A stretch of DNA of 64,000 bases from Candidatus Bathyarchaeia archaeon (lineage in GTDB: Archaea > Thermoproteota > Bathyarchaeia > Bathyarchaeales > Bathycorpusculaceae): contig JBEKBM010000014.1 of assembly GCA_050015395.1 (NCBI GenBank), forward strand, positions 1-64,000, written 5' to 3'. This document shows positions 9,737-20,128 of this stretch, piece by piece. The notes under the pieces are model-generated. The model did not search any database. It was not told where the DNA came from and worked only from the letters and a program-made list of their open reading frames with translations. The translations under genes were made by a program, and so were the position numbers. Numbering within the stretch: position 1 is the stretch's first letter; each line of letters begins with the position of its first letter.

Positions 9737-9784
9737 GTTCTTCTTGCGGAACACTCTGTTCTCTGGGGAGAGCTATATAGCACG
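9737..9784 (+). promoter_or_regulatory. Conserved promoter/operator block GTTC-N8-GAAC-N5-GTTC...GGAGAGCTATATAG
   Basis: gttcttcttgcggaacactctgttctctggggagagctatatagcac, about 40 bp upstream of ATG 9822. Confidence 0.7.
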
Positions 9785-9821
9785 TGCGTAGCAATATCAT
9801 TGGTGTGGGAGAGGAAAGTTT

Positions 9822-11762
9822 ATGAAATCCGACAAAAAACGGTTCGTCCCTGCTCTTCTTCTTGCAGTTCTGATCATGATGATGGTTCTACCAGAATGCG
9901 CGACAGCGTTTTCTAACGTTCCTCTTCTTGTCTCTTCGGTTCCAAACGTTTCAATGGTCTCAACGAACCCTCTGACAGCTACAAAAACAATAATTGTTCC
10001 TGACGACTACCCGTCCATAAACGATGCCATCGGAAACGCCTCGGCAGGCGACACAATACTGGTTCGAAGCGGAACTTATTTTGAAAACCCGATAATTGAC
10101 AAACCATTGACGCTGCAAGGCGAAAACAGCGCGAACACTATAGTGGTGGGAACAGGCGACTCTGTAGGAGCCAGCGTCTTCACGATTGCAGCAGACGACG
10201 TGAAGATTTCAGGCTTCACCATCACAAGCGTCAACTATTCAGCCTCTGCCAACTACGCTTACGGCGTTATGATTAAAGGAGACAAGTGCACAATAACCGG
10301 CAACAACATAGTGAATACGTTGTCGGGAATCTTTTGTTCGGCGCAGTCTTCTGCCGTAGTCTCCCAAAACAACATAACTGGGAATCACAAAGACGGCGTC
10401 CGATTCTACGGCGGCTTCAACAACACCATCTCAACAAACAATATAACAGGCAACGCAGCTTCCGGCATCGCCATTGAAGGCTATTCAGACAATATAACAG
10501 GAAACAACCTATCCCAAAACACCATGGGCATCGGGCTGGCTGCGACTTACTCAGTAATCTTCAGAAACAACATGACTGAAAACAGCAATTCAGGCATTTA
10601 CCTCCCAGGCTCCAACAACATCATATCCGCGAATTATATCGCCAACAACAAATACGGCATCTATTCAGTCCCGAGTTTCGGCGTATCCACCAATAACACG
10701 ATATTCCATAACGACTTCGTCAACAACCAGAAAAACGCGTACTCCACCTCGCCCTACAACATCCAAATTTGGGACGAAGGCTATCCTCTTGGAGGAAATT
10801 ACTGGAGCGACTACTCAACGGTTTACCCTAACGCAACAGAGATTGCTAATTCTGGAATAATGAATTTGCCTTACTCGATTTGCGCCAACAACACTGATAA
10901 GGATCCGCTCATGGCGCTTTTTGACGTCTCAAACGCGTTCGCTCCGCCGGGCGAAAAAACTCCTCCAGTTACCGGCTCCGACCACGTTGCCGGTTTATGG
11001 AGTTTTGACAGCGTTGAACCCAACTATGTCACAGCCGACTCGACGGGAACTAACCCAGCGGTTTTAGGGACCGTGGCCGCTAACATTTCGTACACTCCTC
11101 AGCTGGTTGAAGGCAAGTTCGGCAAAGCCCTATACTTTAATGGAAATGCGTACGCGTACGTTCCATCCTCGCCCAGCTTAACAATTCCGGCTGACATCAC
11201 CATTGACGCGTGGGTTAAAGTGAACCAATTCAAAAACGTGACTTACAACAACATTGTGATCGAATACGTGAGCACGACCGCCAAATACCCAACCAGGATC
11301 CTTGGACTTGCCATAAACGGAGTCGCACCCAGCAACAGCAGCTCCCCGGCGTTGGGAGCTCTGCGCGGCTACGTAACAACCGACGCGTCAGGCTTCAACG
11401 AAATAGACACTATCCAACCAATTTCTCTAAATGAGTGGTATCACGTCGTGTTTACTCGTAGCACCCAAACAGGCATGCGCATCTATGTTAACGGAGTAGA
11501 ACAGAATGTGACTGTCTTTGCCGGAACGCAGAATCCCGCCGGCTCAATAGAACAGACTTCAGGCTTATTCATGGGGCATGACTCAATAACCACTTTAGAA
11601 AATGTCCAAATACTTAACGTTGCCGCAGAACCAACAAGCACACCTATCTGGCAACAATGGTGGTTCTGGACCCCAATAGCCGCCGCTTTCGCAATATTAG
11701 TGGGAACGGTTTACTATGTGAAGAAGAATGGCATCAGACGAAACACTGCATTTTCCAAGTAA
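9822..11762 (+). CDS. NosD beta-helix plus LamG/concanavalin-like surface protein
   Basis: IIVPDDYPSINDAI, beta-helix repeats, GGNYWSDY, LamG motifs (GKFGKALYFNG, WYHVVFT, IYVNG), TM tail. Confidence 0.9.
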   Translation: MKSDKKRFVPALLLAVLIMMMVLPECATAFSNVPLLVSSVPNVSMVSTNPLTATKTIIVPDDYPSINDAIGNASAGDTILVRSGTYFENPIIDKPLTLQGENSANTIVVGTGDSVGASVFTIAADDVKISGFTITSVNYSASANYAYGVMIKGDKCTITGNNIVNTLSGIFCSAQSSAVVSQNNITGNHKDGVRFYGGFNNTISTNNITGNAASGIAIEGYSDNITGNNLSQNTMGIGLAATYSVIFRNNMTENSNSGIYLPGSNNIISANYIANNKYGIYSVPSFGVSTNNTIFHNDFVNNQKNAYSTSPYNIQIWDEGYPLGGNYWSDYSTVYPNATEIANSGIMNLPYSICANNTDKDPLMALFDVSNAFAPPGEKTPPVTGSDHVAGLWSFDSVEPNYVTADSTGTNPAVLGTVAANISYTPQLVEGKFGKALYFNGNAYAYVPSSPSLTIPADITIDAWVKVNQFKNVTYNNIVIEYVSTTAKYPTRILGLAINGVAPSNSSSPALGALRGYVTTDASGFNEIDTIQPISLNEWYHVVFTRSTQTGMRIYVNGVEQNVTVFAGTQNPAGSIEQTSGLFMGHDSITTLENVQILNVAAEPTSTPIWQQWWFWTPIAAAFAILVGTVYYVKKNGIRRNTAFSK

Positions 11763-11935
11763 CCTTCCTCTTTTACGAAAACCAACGATTCCTTTCAGCG
11801 AGAGTTCGTTTGTTGTTTGAAAATTTACTTTCCTTGGCATAATGCTCTAGTAGAGCCATTATGTGCGTGTGCTTAACGTCTCTAACAAACCACAGATAGT
11901 CTGAACAGCCATGAGCACTAATAGATTAGATTTGC

Positions 11936-12892
11936 TTAATCTTTGGAAGGTAAAGTAGAATTTGGCTTATAACTGTCCGCCATTTTTCTTGAGTTGACAA
12001 GCATCGCCAATCCTAAACCAAGCAGCGGCACTGTCCAAGCATCCACCAACGGCAAGGTGTTTAACGAATTCACATAGTACAGGTAATAAACAAAAACCGC
12101 GTAGTTAAGCCCTATAACTGCCAGAGATGCCCCCAACCATCTAAACGCTGATTTTTCCTTCCCACGGACTAACCGATACGCCCCCAACGCGGCAAAGACT
12201 ATTGCGAAAGGCATGAAAGCTATCGCGTTTAAAAATCCAATCAATCTTACACCCTGCGAAAGAAACTGTGAGCCACCCATGAAAATCATGCTGATCCATC
12301 TGGCGCCTTCGTTGACAACTAAAGCCGAGACGTAACCCACAAACGCAACAGACGCCCAAACAACTAAACTGCGCTTGTTTGTGGCATCGTACTTTGCAAC
12401 TTTGACCGCTAGTATTGATAGAAACGGAACGATTAGGAGTATCTCCAGCAGATAATCAATGCCTAAAGGTTCATTGTAAAGTAGGCCAGGTCTAAGCAAC
12501 CATGAAACTGAAGGAACTAAACTGATAAAGTTTACTGCCTCCAAAGCTATGGCGGCGGCGACTAAGCCTTTAACTTTAGATAAAGGCCATGCCTTCACCC
12601 AAAGCAGCAAAAGTATGACAATTCCCAAGGCAACTTCGATGAAACGTCCCGTAAGCCCTATGAATGATGCCCAATAAGCAAGCCCCAACATGTGAACATA
12701 CCCAACCGACGCGGGGTCGTTATTAATGTAGCCAAGTAAAATAATGTAGCCGCCTCTGGTAACGTAAGCCACATAGATGAATAGGGAAATTAGGCTTGCC
12801 GTTATTCCTACTTTGACGCTTCGACTTAACGCTACCATACTTGTCCATTTCCAACGAATGTTAACAAAGCTAAGATAGCTATGTTTATACAT
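11936..12892 (-). CDS. Multi-pass membrane protein of unknown function
   Basis: About 8 hydrophobic segments over 300 aa; likely start MVALS. Confidence 0.75.
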   Translation of the reverse strand: MYKHSYLSFVNIRWKWTSMVALSRSVKVGITASLISLFIYVAYVTRGGYIILLGYINNDPASVGYVHMLGLAYWASFIGLTGRFIEVALGIVILLLLWVKAWPLSKVKGLVAAAIALEAVNFISLVPSVSWLLRPGLLYNEPLGIDYLLEILLIVPFLSILAVKVAKYDATNKRSLVVWASVAFVGYVSALVVNEGARWISMIFMGGSQFLSQGVRLIGFLNAIAFMPFAIVFAALGAYRLVRGKEKSAFRWLGASLAVIGLNYAVFVYYLYYVNSLNTLPLVDAWTVPLLGLGLAMLVNSRKMADSYKPNSTLPSKD

Positions 12893-13259
12893 TTATGCAA
12901 AGAAAACAGGTTTTTAACGTGAACTGCATGTCCTGCACGTTTGCGTGGAAGTTAAGAACAAAATATGTGAAGGATTATAGCCATAGTTTTGATATTAAAT
13001 AAACCGTCTTGACTCATTTTGTTCTCAACTCTAACCTTCACCTATCACACGTGTGATATCTCTCTGTGTGAGATATATGTGAGAGTGATGAAGAGAGAAA
13101 GAAAGCTTAAGCGTGTGAAATGATGGAATAGGAAGTGTATTAGTGGGTATATAAATGGGTGGATGCATAGGGAATTAATTTAAACGTTTCGCATTTTTGG
13201 CTTAAAATGAACGCGAATAAAAATTTGATAAAAAAAATAATTTGTCTCTTTTTACTCTG

Positions 13260-14333
13260 CTACTTTTGTGGCTCGCAAGGCCAATATTTTGGTTGAATAG
13301 ATTCATTTTCAAGCAACGAAGGGAACAAGTTTAGAGGCCAGGAAGGAAGCATTTTTGTTAGAAAAACTTCTGTTGTTTCTATACCGTTGATTGTTCTAAT
13401 TTTCTCATAAGCCTCAAACATTTTCTCGAAATCTTCTAGAGCAATTGCAGAGTATAAATCGTAAGATCCTATAAATCTTATAATAACTATTAAGTTTGGA
13501 ATTTGAAGCAGTTGAGAATATATCTCTGGTATTTTGCTTCGGTTTGAAACTTTTATGTATAGATGCGCAAGAGCCTTGTATCCAAGTTTGTCAAGGTCAA
13601 GAGCTATTGTTGAAAGGGTCAACAAGTTTTCTCTGAGTTTTTTGTATCTTCGAATTACCGTTTTAGTTGATATGTTCAGTTGCTCAGCAATTTTCTTAAA
13701 TGGAGTTCGAGATTTTTTCGAAAGAATCTTTGCAATTTTTCTATCTATTTCGTCAATTTCTAATGGTGCTTGATCAAGATTAGTTAAAGCTGAAATGTGA
13801 TTGTTTTTTCGTTCATTTTCACGATCTAGTGGTTTGATAATTAAGTTTTGAGGGTATTCTATGTTTACTGCCTCTGCCCAGATTAAAGCATCAACATGTT
13901 TGATATTGCGGTTTGACTCTAAATCTTCAATTATCTCCCCTAACTCATTGAGGTCTCTTAACGCTACTTTTCCATAAAAGTTGTATTTACCTAATGGACC
14001 CACCACTTCGGACATGTACGGTTTGCTTTCAAGAAACTTGGCGACTTCTTTTTCATTTTCCACAGCAGTCATGATACCTAAATCTATTATGTGGCGATAC
14101 CCCAAGCAATGAGGGTTCACAAGCATCTCTTCGCCGTTGATTACGCCATCTCTCCATAAGCGTTTATAGCGCATTCTAACCGAGGTTACCGTAATTTTAC
14201 ATTCCTTAGCGATAGCGGTGAAACTGGTGCGAGATTCCGATAACAGCCTCTTCAAAATTTTCGCGTCAATTTCATCGATTTTTATTTGTTCTCTCAAGTC
14301 AATAACCTTGAACCCTAAAATCTTAAGAGGCAA
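13260..14333 (-). CDS. Tandem (duplicated) Lrp/AsnC transcriptional regulator
   Basis: Two IDEID.KI...L....RT.F..IA HTH units, each followed by a RAM domain. Confidence 0.9.
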   Translation of the reverse strand: MPLKILGFKVIDLREQIKIDEIDAKILKRLLSESRTSFTAIAKECKITVTSVRMRYKRLWRDGVINGEEMLVNPHCLGYRHIIDLGIMTAVENEKEVAKFLESKPYMSEVVGPLGKYNFYGKVALRDLNELGEIIEDLESNRNIKHVDALIWAEAVNIEYPQNLIIKPLDRENERKNNHISALTNLDQAPLEIDEIDRKIAKILSKKSRTPFKKIAEQLNISTKTVIRRYKKLRENLLTLSTIALDLDKLGYKALAHLYIKVSNRSKIPEIYSQLLQIPNLIVIIRFIGSYDLYSAIALEDFEKMFEAYEKIRTINGIETTEVFLTKMLPSWPLNLFPSLLENESIQPKYWPCEPQK

Positions 14334-14392
14334 GCATTATCTTTTATATAAGATTTCTCATGAATGAATAGAATTTTCAGCTTCGCGAGCGC

Positions 14393-14518
14393 AGAGAAAA
14401 AACAATGAGAGGATTAAAGACAGATGATACAGTCATGCTCTCAGGATGTCAAATCTTTCACAATTACATAAGAGAACATGAAGGCTTAAACGGAAAAACC
14501 CCAGCTCAAGCTTGCGGA
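14393..14518 (+). mobile_element. Relic C-terminal fragment of an archaeal DDE transposase/integrase-core gene
   Basis: Own translation REKTMRGLKTDDTVMLSGCQIFHNYIREHEGLNGKTPAQACG, containing the HNY.R.H.gL.gKTPA signature of DDE transposase C-termini. Confidence 0.75.
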
Positions 14519-14720
14519 GCGCGCTGCCTTGTTCCCAAAATTGGTGTAAAATGGTTATAAGATTTTTTCTACCCGCATGTCATAAAAAGTTATGATAATT
14601 TAATGAAATTCTGCTTGGCTGAGAGGTAATTTTTGAAAAAATTTGTTGGAAATTTTGTTTTAATTTTGTTGAAAAGCGTTAAATACTGATAGCGCTGACG
14701 TAGAGAGCAAGGGGATTCAT

Positions 14721-15425
14721 TTGAGTGGGGAAAAAAAGACAGTATCTAATACAAAAAATAAGTATCCTTGGAGCAACTACACTTTAAAATGGGGCAGGGG
14801 AGAACCGGTCTCAACAACGCAGTACGTGCTGTATGCCATGCAGATCGCGGCAGTAATAGCGCTGTCCTATCTAAGCGTCACAGTGTTCGGTCCGTTAAGC
14901 TACGCTGGTATTTCACTATTCTACTTCGTGTACCCCTTCTTCCTAGTATTCACAATGTGGTGGGGAATCTGGGGTCCGATAGGTGCATACATAGGCTGTG
15001 TAATCGGAGCAGGACTTTTGGTCGGTACCGGCATCGTTCCATCGCTGGCTTACGCGGTAAGTGACTTCGTGCCACCGTTCTTCGCATTTGTGCTCTACCG
15101 AGGGCTTCTTGCAAACAAAGGTTATGACCCATTATGGAGAGACTTAACCGACAAAGAAGTTGCAGGAGTCAAAACGAAGAGAACAGGTGCGTGGTTCTGG
15201 TTTGTTCTAATTAACGGAGTCATATTAAACTTAATCAGTGGAGTGATCGGCGTTGGAATTCTATGGGATATGAAGATAATCGCAACCAATGCTTTCTGGC
15301 CATGGTTTATAGGATGGATCGTCGGCGACTTGGTAGCAATGGTAATAATAACTCCAGTGCTGGTCAAAGGACTGACATCGCTAGTGGAAAGGCAAGGACT
15401 CGTCAATCACGGCTGGATAACTTGA
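14721..15425 (+). CDS. ECF transporter substrate-binding (S) component
   Basis: Small hydrophobic multi-TM protein, first gene of an operon with T and A components. Confidence 0.75.
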   Translation: MSGEKKTVSNTKNKYPWSNYTLKWGRGEPVSTTQYVLYAMQIAAVIALSYLSVTVFGPLSYAGISLFYFVYPFFLVFTMWWGIWGPIGAYIGCVIGAGLLVGTGIVPSLAYAVSDFVPPFFAFVLYRGLLANKGYDPLWRDLTDKEVAGVKTKRTGAWFWFVLINGVILNLISGVIGVGILWDMKIIATNAFWPWFIGWIVGDLVAMVIITPVLVKGLTSLVERQGLVNHGWIT

Positions 15426-15465
15426 AAGCAACTATTCCTTGAAATAACAGATTTAAAGGGGAAAG

Positions 15466-16530
15466 TTGTTGGCAAGTTCAGACGTGGAAGCACGTGCTTC
15501 CAAGAAGTACGTGCGCACCTTTATTTTTTCTATGAGAACGGGAACACCTGTCGAGAAGTTGCATGTAATTACTAAATTTTTCATGATTGTGGCGATGTCA
15601 ATTTTAGCTCTTTACATGTTTAGCATACCAGTTTCACAAGGCGGTCCAGACATCATTGGCCTAGCCTTATTGCTGCTTCTTACGTTTGTCCTCCTAGCAA
15701 TCGCAAGAACTGCAAAATACTTAGCAAACTCTTACTTAGTACTGGTTTTGCCAGTTCTTTTAGGACAATTTTTCTGGTGGCTCTTCTTTAATTGGTCTTT
15801 GCCCGGAGCCAGAATGCTTTTTTATTTCTGGCCTGGGTTTCTGCCGATAGGTGTATCAACAGTTGTTCTTGTAGGCGTTTTTGGTCTTGTTTATTATAAG
15901 ACGCGAAGTGTAGTTTTGTCTTTGGTGCCTTCAATCCTGCTTTGGTGGTTCACTGTGATGCCTGGCGTATTTAGCTTTTCGTCATTATTTACGTGGGTAA
16001 GAATTCCTGTTGGCGTGGTCTTTTCTTTTTCGTTGCCTCAGTGGTCGGCGACGGTTGCGTTCTCAAAAGTTTTAGGGTTTGGAGTATTAATTTATACCTC
16101 GTTTCTCTTTCTGCTCACGACAAGAGATACTGAGATCGGAGGAGCGTTGAAACAATTGCGCCTTTCATTTCGGAAGTCGTTCTTTGTCATGCTTATGTTC
16201 AGAAACCTAAACACGATACTGATGGATTATGAGAACATCAGAAGCGCTCAAATCGCCCGAGCCGCCAATGTAATGAGGAAAAATGTGTTTTCAAGGATTA
16301 TAGATCTCGCGTACGTGTCTGTGCCGCTTGTTGCTACCATGATAAGAAGGTCTACCGAGATGGGCGTGGCGTTGTACGCTAGAGGTTTTGAGGCTTCACA
16401 TGGAATTACGGATTATAAGGAAACAAGGCGATTTAGTTATGTTGACTTTACGATAATTGCCATATTAGCCGCGTTCTTAATATACGAGGTTATCCTTGGG
16501 CACTCCATCACTTCCTTGTTAATGAGGTAA
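15466..16530 (+). CDS. ecfT: ECF transporter transmembrane (T) component
   Basis: AQIARA and ALYARGF X-Arg-X motifs. Confidence 0.88.
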   Translation: MLASSDVEARASKKYVRTFIFSMRTGTPVEKLHVITKFFMIVAMSILALYMFSIPVSQGGPDIIGLALLLLLTFVLLAIARTAKYLANSYLVLVLPVLLGQFFWWLFFNWSLPGARMLFYFWPGFLPIGVSTVVLVGVFGLVYYKTRSVVLSLVPSILLWWFTVMPGVFSFSSLFTWVRIPVGVVFSFSLPQWSATVAFSKVLGFGVLIYTSFLFLLTTRDTEIGGALKQLRLSFRKSFFVMLMFRNLNTILMDYENIRSAQIARAANVMRKNVFSRIIDLAYVSVPLVATMIRRSTEMGVALYARGFEASHGITDYKETRRFSYVDFTIIAILAAFLIYEVILGHSITSLLMR

Positions 16531-16536
16531 AAGAAC

Positions 16537-18327
16537 ATGTCGGTATTGGAAGTCAACGATTTCTGGTGGAAATACCGATCTTACGTAGGAGCAGAGAATC
16601 CTTTCACGCTAAAGGGTTTATCCTTCAAGGTAGACAAGGGAGAATTTTTCGGAATCATCGGACCCAGCGGAGCAGGCAAAACTACACTTTGCTACGCTTT
16701 GACAGGAATAATCCCTCACGTTTTCACTGTTCCCTACGGCAAAGAGCGCGAGCATATAAAGGGTGAAATAAAATTATTTGGGCAAACACTGACTAAAGTC
16801 GAGGCTGTTACCGATGAGAAGACAGGCAGAGTAGTTGATAAAATTGTCGGCATAAAACAAACGGCGCCAAGGGTTGGATTGCTGCTTCAAGATCCTGAGA
16901 ACCAGTTTTTAAGAATGGACCTCCTGCACGAAATCGCCTTCGGCATGGAACTTCTCGAACTGTCTAAAAGCGAAATTGAGCAAAGAGCCAAAGAAGCGCT
17001 TGAAATAGTCGGTCTGGGCTCGTTGTGGCCAATTGCAGACCTTGTTCACCCAAGCGAATTGTCAGGCGGGCAGAAGCAGCGAGCAGCAATTGCTTCCTTC
17101 ATTGCCTTGCGGCCTGAGCTTTTGGTGTTAGATGAACCAATGTCTGATCTTGATCCCGAAGGTAAGCTTAGCATAATAAAAGCTATTGACAGCATAAGAG
17201 ACAAGTATGACATAACAATAATCGTTGTTGAGCATAATCCTGAGGTAATTCAAAAATACGCTGACAAGGTACTTGCCATAAACAACGGAGAAACAATTGC
17301 GTATGGAACGACTGAAAAGGTTTATTCACAGTGGAAACTGTTCGATGAAAATGGACTTTATGCGTCAGACATAGCAAGGATTGGGTGGCAAGCAGGCTTA
17401 ACCTACAACGGAAGAGTTCCTTTTACTGTCGATGAAATGATGGAAGCGTTCAACGGCAGAAAACAAAAAAGTCTTGCAGATGACTTAAAGGATGACCCAA
17501 TTGATGAAGCGACTGAGGAAATAATAAGCGTCAAAGACCTCAACTTCTGGTATGACGATGGAACTCATGCTCTTAGAGGGGTAACTTTTGCCATAAAAAA
17601 AGGAGAGTACGTGGGACTCATAGGGCAAAACGGCGCGGGCAAATCGACGATATCCAAGATTATCAGCGGTTTGTACAAGAAGTTTCAGGGCGAAGCAAAA
17701 GTAATGGGGCTTAACTTGCGAGACAGGAAAGTGATTGAGAGAATACCCTGTTACGTTGGATACGTATTTCAGAACCCTGACAACCAGATTTTCATGAGAA
17801 AAGTCTACGACGAAGTAGCTTACGGCCTGAAAAACCTAAAGATGCCACTGCAGGAAGTAGATCAAAGAGTCAAGGAAGCGTTAAAGAGCGTTGGCTTACT
17901 CTCAAAAATTGATGAGGACCCAATGTTCTTGGGAAAAGGCGAAAAGAGAAGACTAACCGTAGCTTCTATTCTTGCCATGAACCCGAAAATAATGATAGTT
18001 GACGAGCCAACAACAGGTCAAGACTTCAGAATGTCCGAAGACATAATGAACCTGCTTGAAGAACTAAACAAAGCTGGCACCACAATCTTAGCCATCACTC
18101 ACGACATGACACTAGTCTCCGAACACACGAAAAGAGTCATAGTAATGCACAACGGAGCCGTAACCTACGATGGATCCACAAGAGGCTTCTTCTCAAATGC
18201 AGAATTACTTGACAAAGCCGGCATAATCCCCCCCATGGCAGTGAGACTAAGCCATGAATACAAGAAAAAGAACCCCTCTTCCCCCTGCCTAATGAACGCA
18301 AAAGAGTGGGTCGCAGCATTAAAGTAA
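16537..18327 (+). CDS. ecfA: ECF transporter fused double ATPase
   Basis: Two Walker A motifs (GPSGAGKT, GQNGAGKS), LQDPENQ/FQNPDNQ Q-loops, LSGGQKQR. Confidence 0.93.
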   Translation: MSVLEVNDFWWKYRSYVGAENPFTLKGLSFKVDKGEFFGIIGPSGAGKTTLCYALTGIIPHVFTVPYGKEREHIKGEIKLFGQTLTKVEAVTDEKTGRVVDKIVGIKQTAPRVGLLLQDPENQFLRMDLLHEIAFGMELLELSKSEIEQRAKEALEIVGLGSLWPIADLVHPSELSGGQKQRAAIASFIALRPELLVLDEPMSDLDPEGKLSIIKAIDSIRDKYDITIIVVEHNPEVIQKYADKVLAINNGETIAYGTTEKVYSQWKLFDENGLYASDIARIGWQAGLTYNGRVPFTVDEMMEAFNGRKQKSLADDLKDDPIDEATEEIISVKDLNFWYDDGTHALRGVTFAIKKGEYVGLIGQNGAGKSTISKIISGLYKKFQGEAKVMGLNLRDRKVIERIPCYVGYVFQNPDNQIFMRKVYDEVAYGLKNLKMPLQEVDQRVKEALKSVGLLSKIDEDPMFLGKGEKRRLTVASILAMNPKIMIVDEPTTGQDFRMSEDIMNLLEELNKAGTTILAITHDMTLVSEHTKRVIVMHNGAVTYDGSTRGFFSNAELLDKAGIIPPMAVRLSHEYKKKNPSSPCLMNAKEWVAALK

Positions 18328-18691
18328 ACATCACCGGAAATATTACTTATTTGCAGATTGGAACATGTCATACATCGTTATTCGCGATTCCGAATCTATT
18401 CCATAGTTCTCAATGACCCGATAACAAAAAGACGTTGACTAAATTTTCGCAAATCAAAAGCAATGCCCCTAATGAGTATAAATTATATCCCAAACCCAAA
18501 ACGTGCATGAATTTTGTGGCTTATTCCTTTCACAGACATTCTACGGGATTTTAAATGTTGCTAATTAAGCGTATAATTTGTCCAGATATATTTGAACAAA
18601 TTATAAATATTCCGATTATATATGTTTGATTTGAAATTGTAGCTCAAAAAGTAACAGACATGGGAACTAATGCTTAAAGTGAGATGATTAG

Positions 18692-19324
18692 TTGAAAATT
18701 GTAGTTTTTGGAGCAAGCGGGAACACAGGCAAGCAACTTGTTGAGCAGGCACTGGCAGCGGGATATGAAGTTGTCGCCTATGCGCGTAACCCCTCAAAGC
18801 TCAACGTTAGCCATGAGCATCTAACGGTTATTAATGGCGAGTTGTCTGATGCTGCGTTAATTGAAACTGCTGTAAAGGGTACCGACGCAGTTCTTAGCGC
18901 GTTGGGTCCACGGGGAGGCTCAAAAAACAAGCCGCTTACACAGGGAATGCGGAACATTATTGCAGCCATGAATAACCAAGGCGTGCGCAGACTAATCATG
19001 ACATCGACGTTGAGCGCCAAAGACTCAAAGGACAAACCAGACTTCAGAACCAAGGCCATGGTGAATCTTGTAAAAACCACCATGCACGCGGCTTACGAAG
19101 ACATCGTCAGCGTCGCCGAAACCGTTCGTGCGTCAGACCTTGAATGGACAATTGTGCGGTTGGCAATTCTAAATAATAAGCCGAAATCTGGAAAAGTCAA
19201 AGTGGGCTATGTAGGCTCAGGAGAAGTTGGAACACAGATTAGCCGTGCAGACATTGCCGACTTTATGCTCAAGCAAATAGAAGACACGAAATATCTGCGA
19301 GAAGCACCTGCAATAAGCAACTAG
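18692..19324 (+). CDS. NAD(P)H-binding oxidoreductase (flavin reductase-like atypical SDR)
   Basis: VFGASGNTG Rossmann motif, LEWTIVR, ISRADIADF. Confidence 0.9.
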   Translation: MKIVVFGASGNTGKQLVEQALAAGYEVVAYARNPSKLNVSHEHLTVINGELSDAALIETAVKGTDAVLSALGPRGGSKNKPLTQGMRNIIAAMNNQGVRRLIMTSTLSAKDSKDKPDFRTKAMVNLVKTTMHAAYEDIVSVAETVRASDLEWTIVRLAILNNKPKSGKVKVGYVGSGEVGTQISRADIADFMLKQIEDTKYLREAPAISN

Positions 19325-19355
19325 TGCATGATTTAAATGAAGAAGAGGTGGAAAA

Positions 19356-19685
19356 ATGGTTTTTAAAAAAGTCGCGGAAACCCAAGAGATATCTCTTGGG
19401 CAAATGAAAGCAGTCAAATTTGGGGCAGAAGAAGTTTTGCTTGCAAACGTAAATGGCGTATACTACGCTATCAGAAACGTCTGCACTCATGAAGGCGGAA
19501 ACCTTTCAAAGGGAACACTGCAGGGAAACATTGTATCTTGCCCCAAGCATAAAGCACAATTCGACGTAACAACAGGCAAAGTAGTTTCTCCTCCAAAAGT
19601 GCTCTTCATGCATCCTAAAATCAACAACGAATCTACATACGCAGTCAAAGTTGAGGGAACAGCCATTCTGCTTGAACACAAATAG
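19356..19685 (+). CDS. Rieske-type [2Fe-2S] ferredoxin
   Basis: CTH...CPKH ligands, FDVTTG. Confidence 0.92.
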   Translation: MVFKKVAETQEISLGQMKAVKFGAEEVLLANVNGVYYAIRNVCTHEGGNLSKGTLQGNIVSCPKHKAQFDVTTGKVVSPPKVLFMHPKINNESTYAVKVEGTAILLEHK

Positions 19686-19847
19686 CACCCGATGCGTTCA
19701 TGTACCAAGCCCAATTTAGGCGACTATGGATAAGCTAGCTCTCTCTGAAAAAGAAAATTGCAAGGAGACTTGTTTGGGTTTGGGGTTTAAATTATGTTTC
19801 AAAAAATTCTCAACGGGGCAACACAAGATGCTCTCAAATCATTCAAA

Positions 19848-19907
19848 GTGACAGGTAACCATGAAGATGAGTGACAGGTTACAATGAACATGAGTGACGG
19901 GATAACT
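19848..19907. repeat. 23-bp tandem repeat, 2.6 copies
   Basis: gtgacaggtaaccatgaagatga / gtgacaggttacaatgaacatga / gtgacgggataact. Confidence 0.85.
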
Positions 19908-20128
19908 AAGCTTGAAACAGGCTCTATTCATCCAAAAAAGCCCAAAACACATGCTGAAGCGCTCACGAAAATTCTTTAGCAAAATCCTCGAGTTAGAGCT
20001 AAAGATAATCCAGTAAGCTTTCTGATTTCCCCGCTTTCTTTTGTCTTCCTTGAGAGTTTAAATTATATATAATGGTTGTTATAGTTCTCTTGGGAGCATA
20101 ATTACCGTTAATTTGGGGGAGAAATGGG

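Noticed and set aside
19848-19907. Mini-CRISPR
   Set aside because: Units are contiguous with no spacers; no cas genes.
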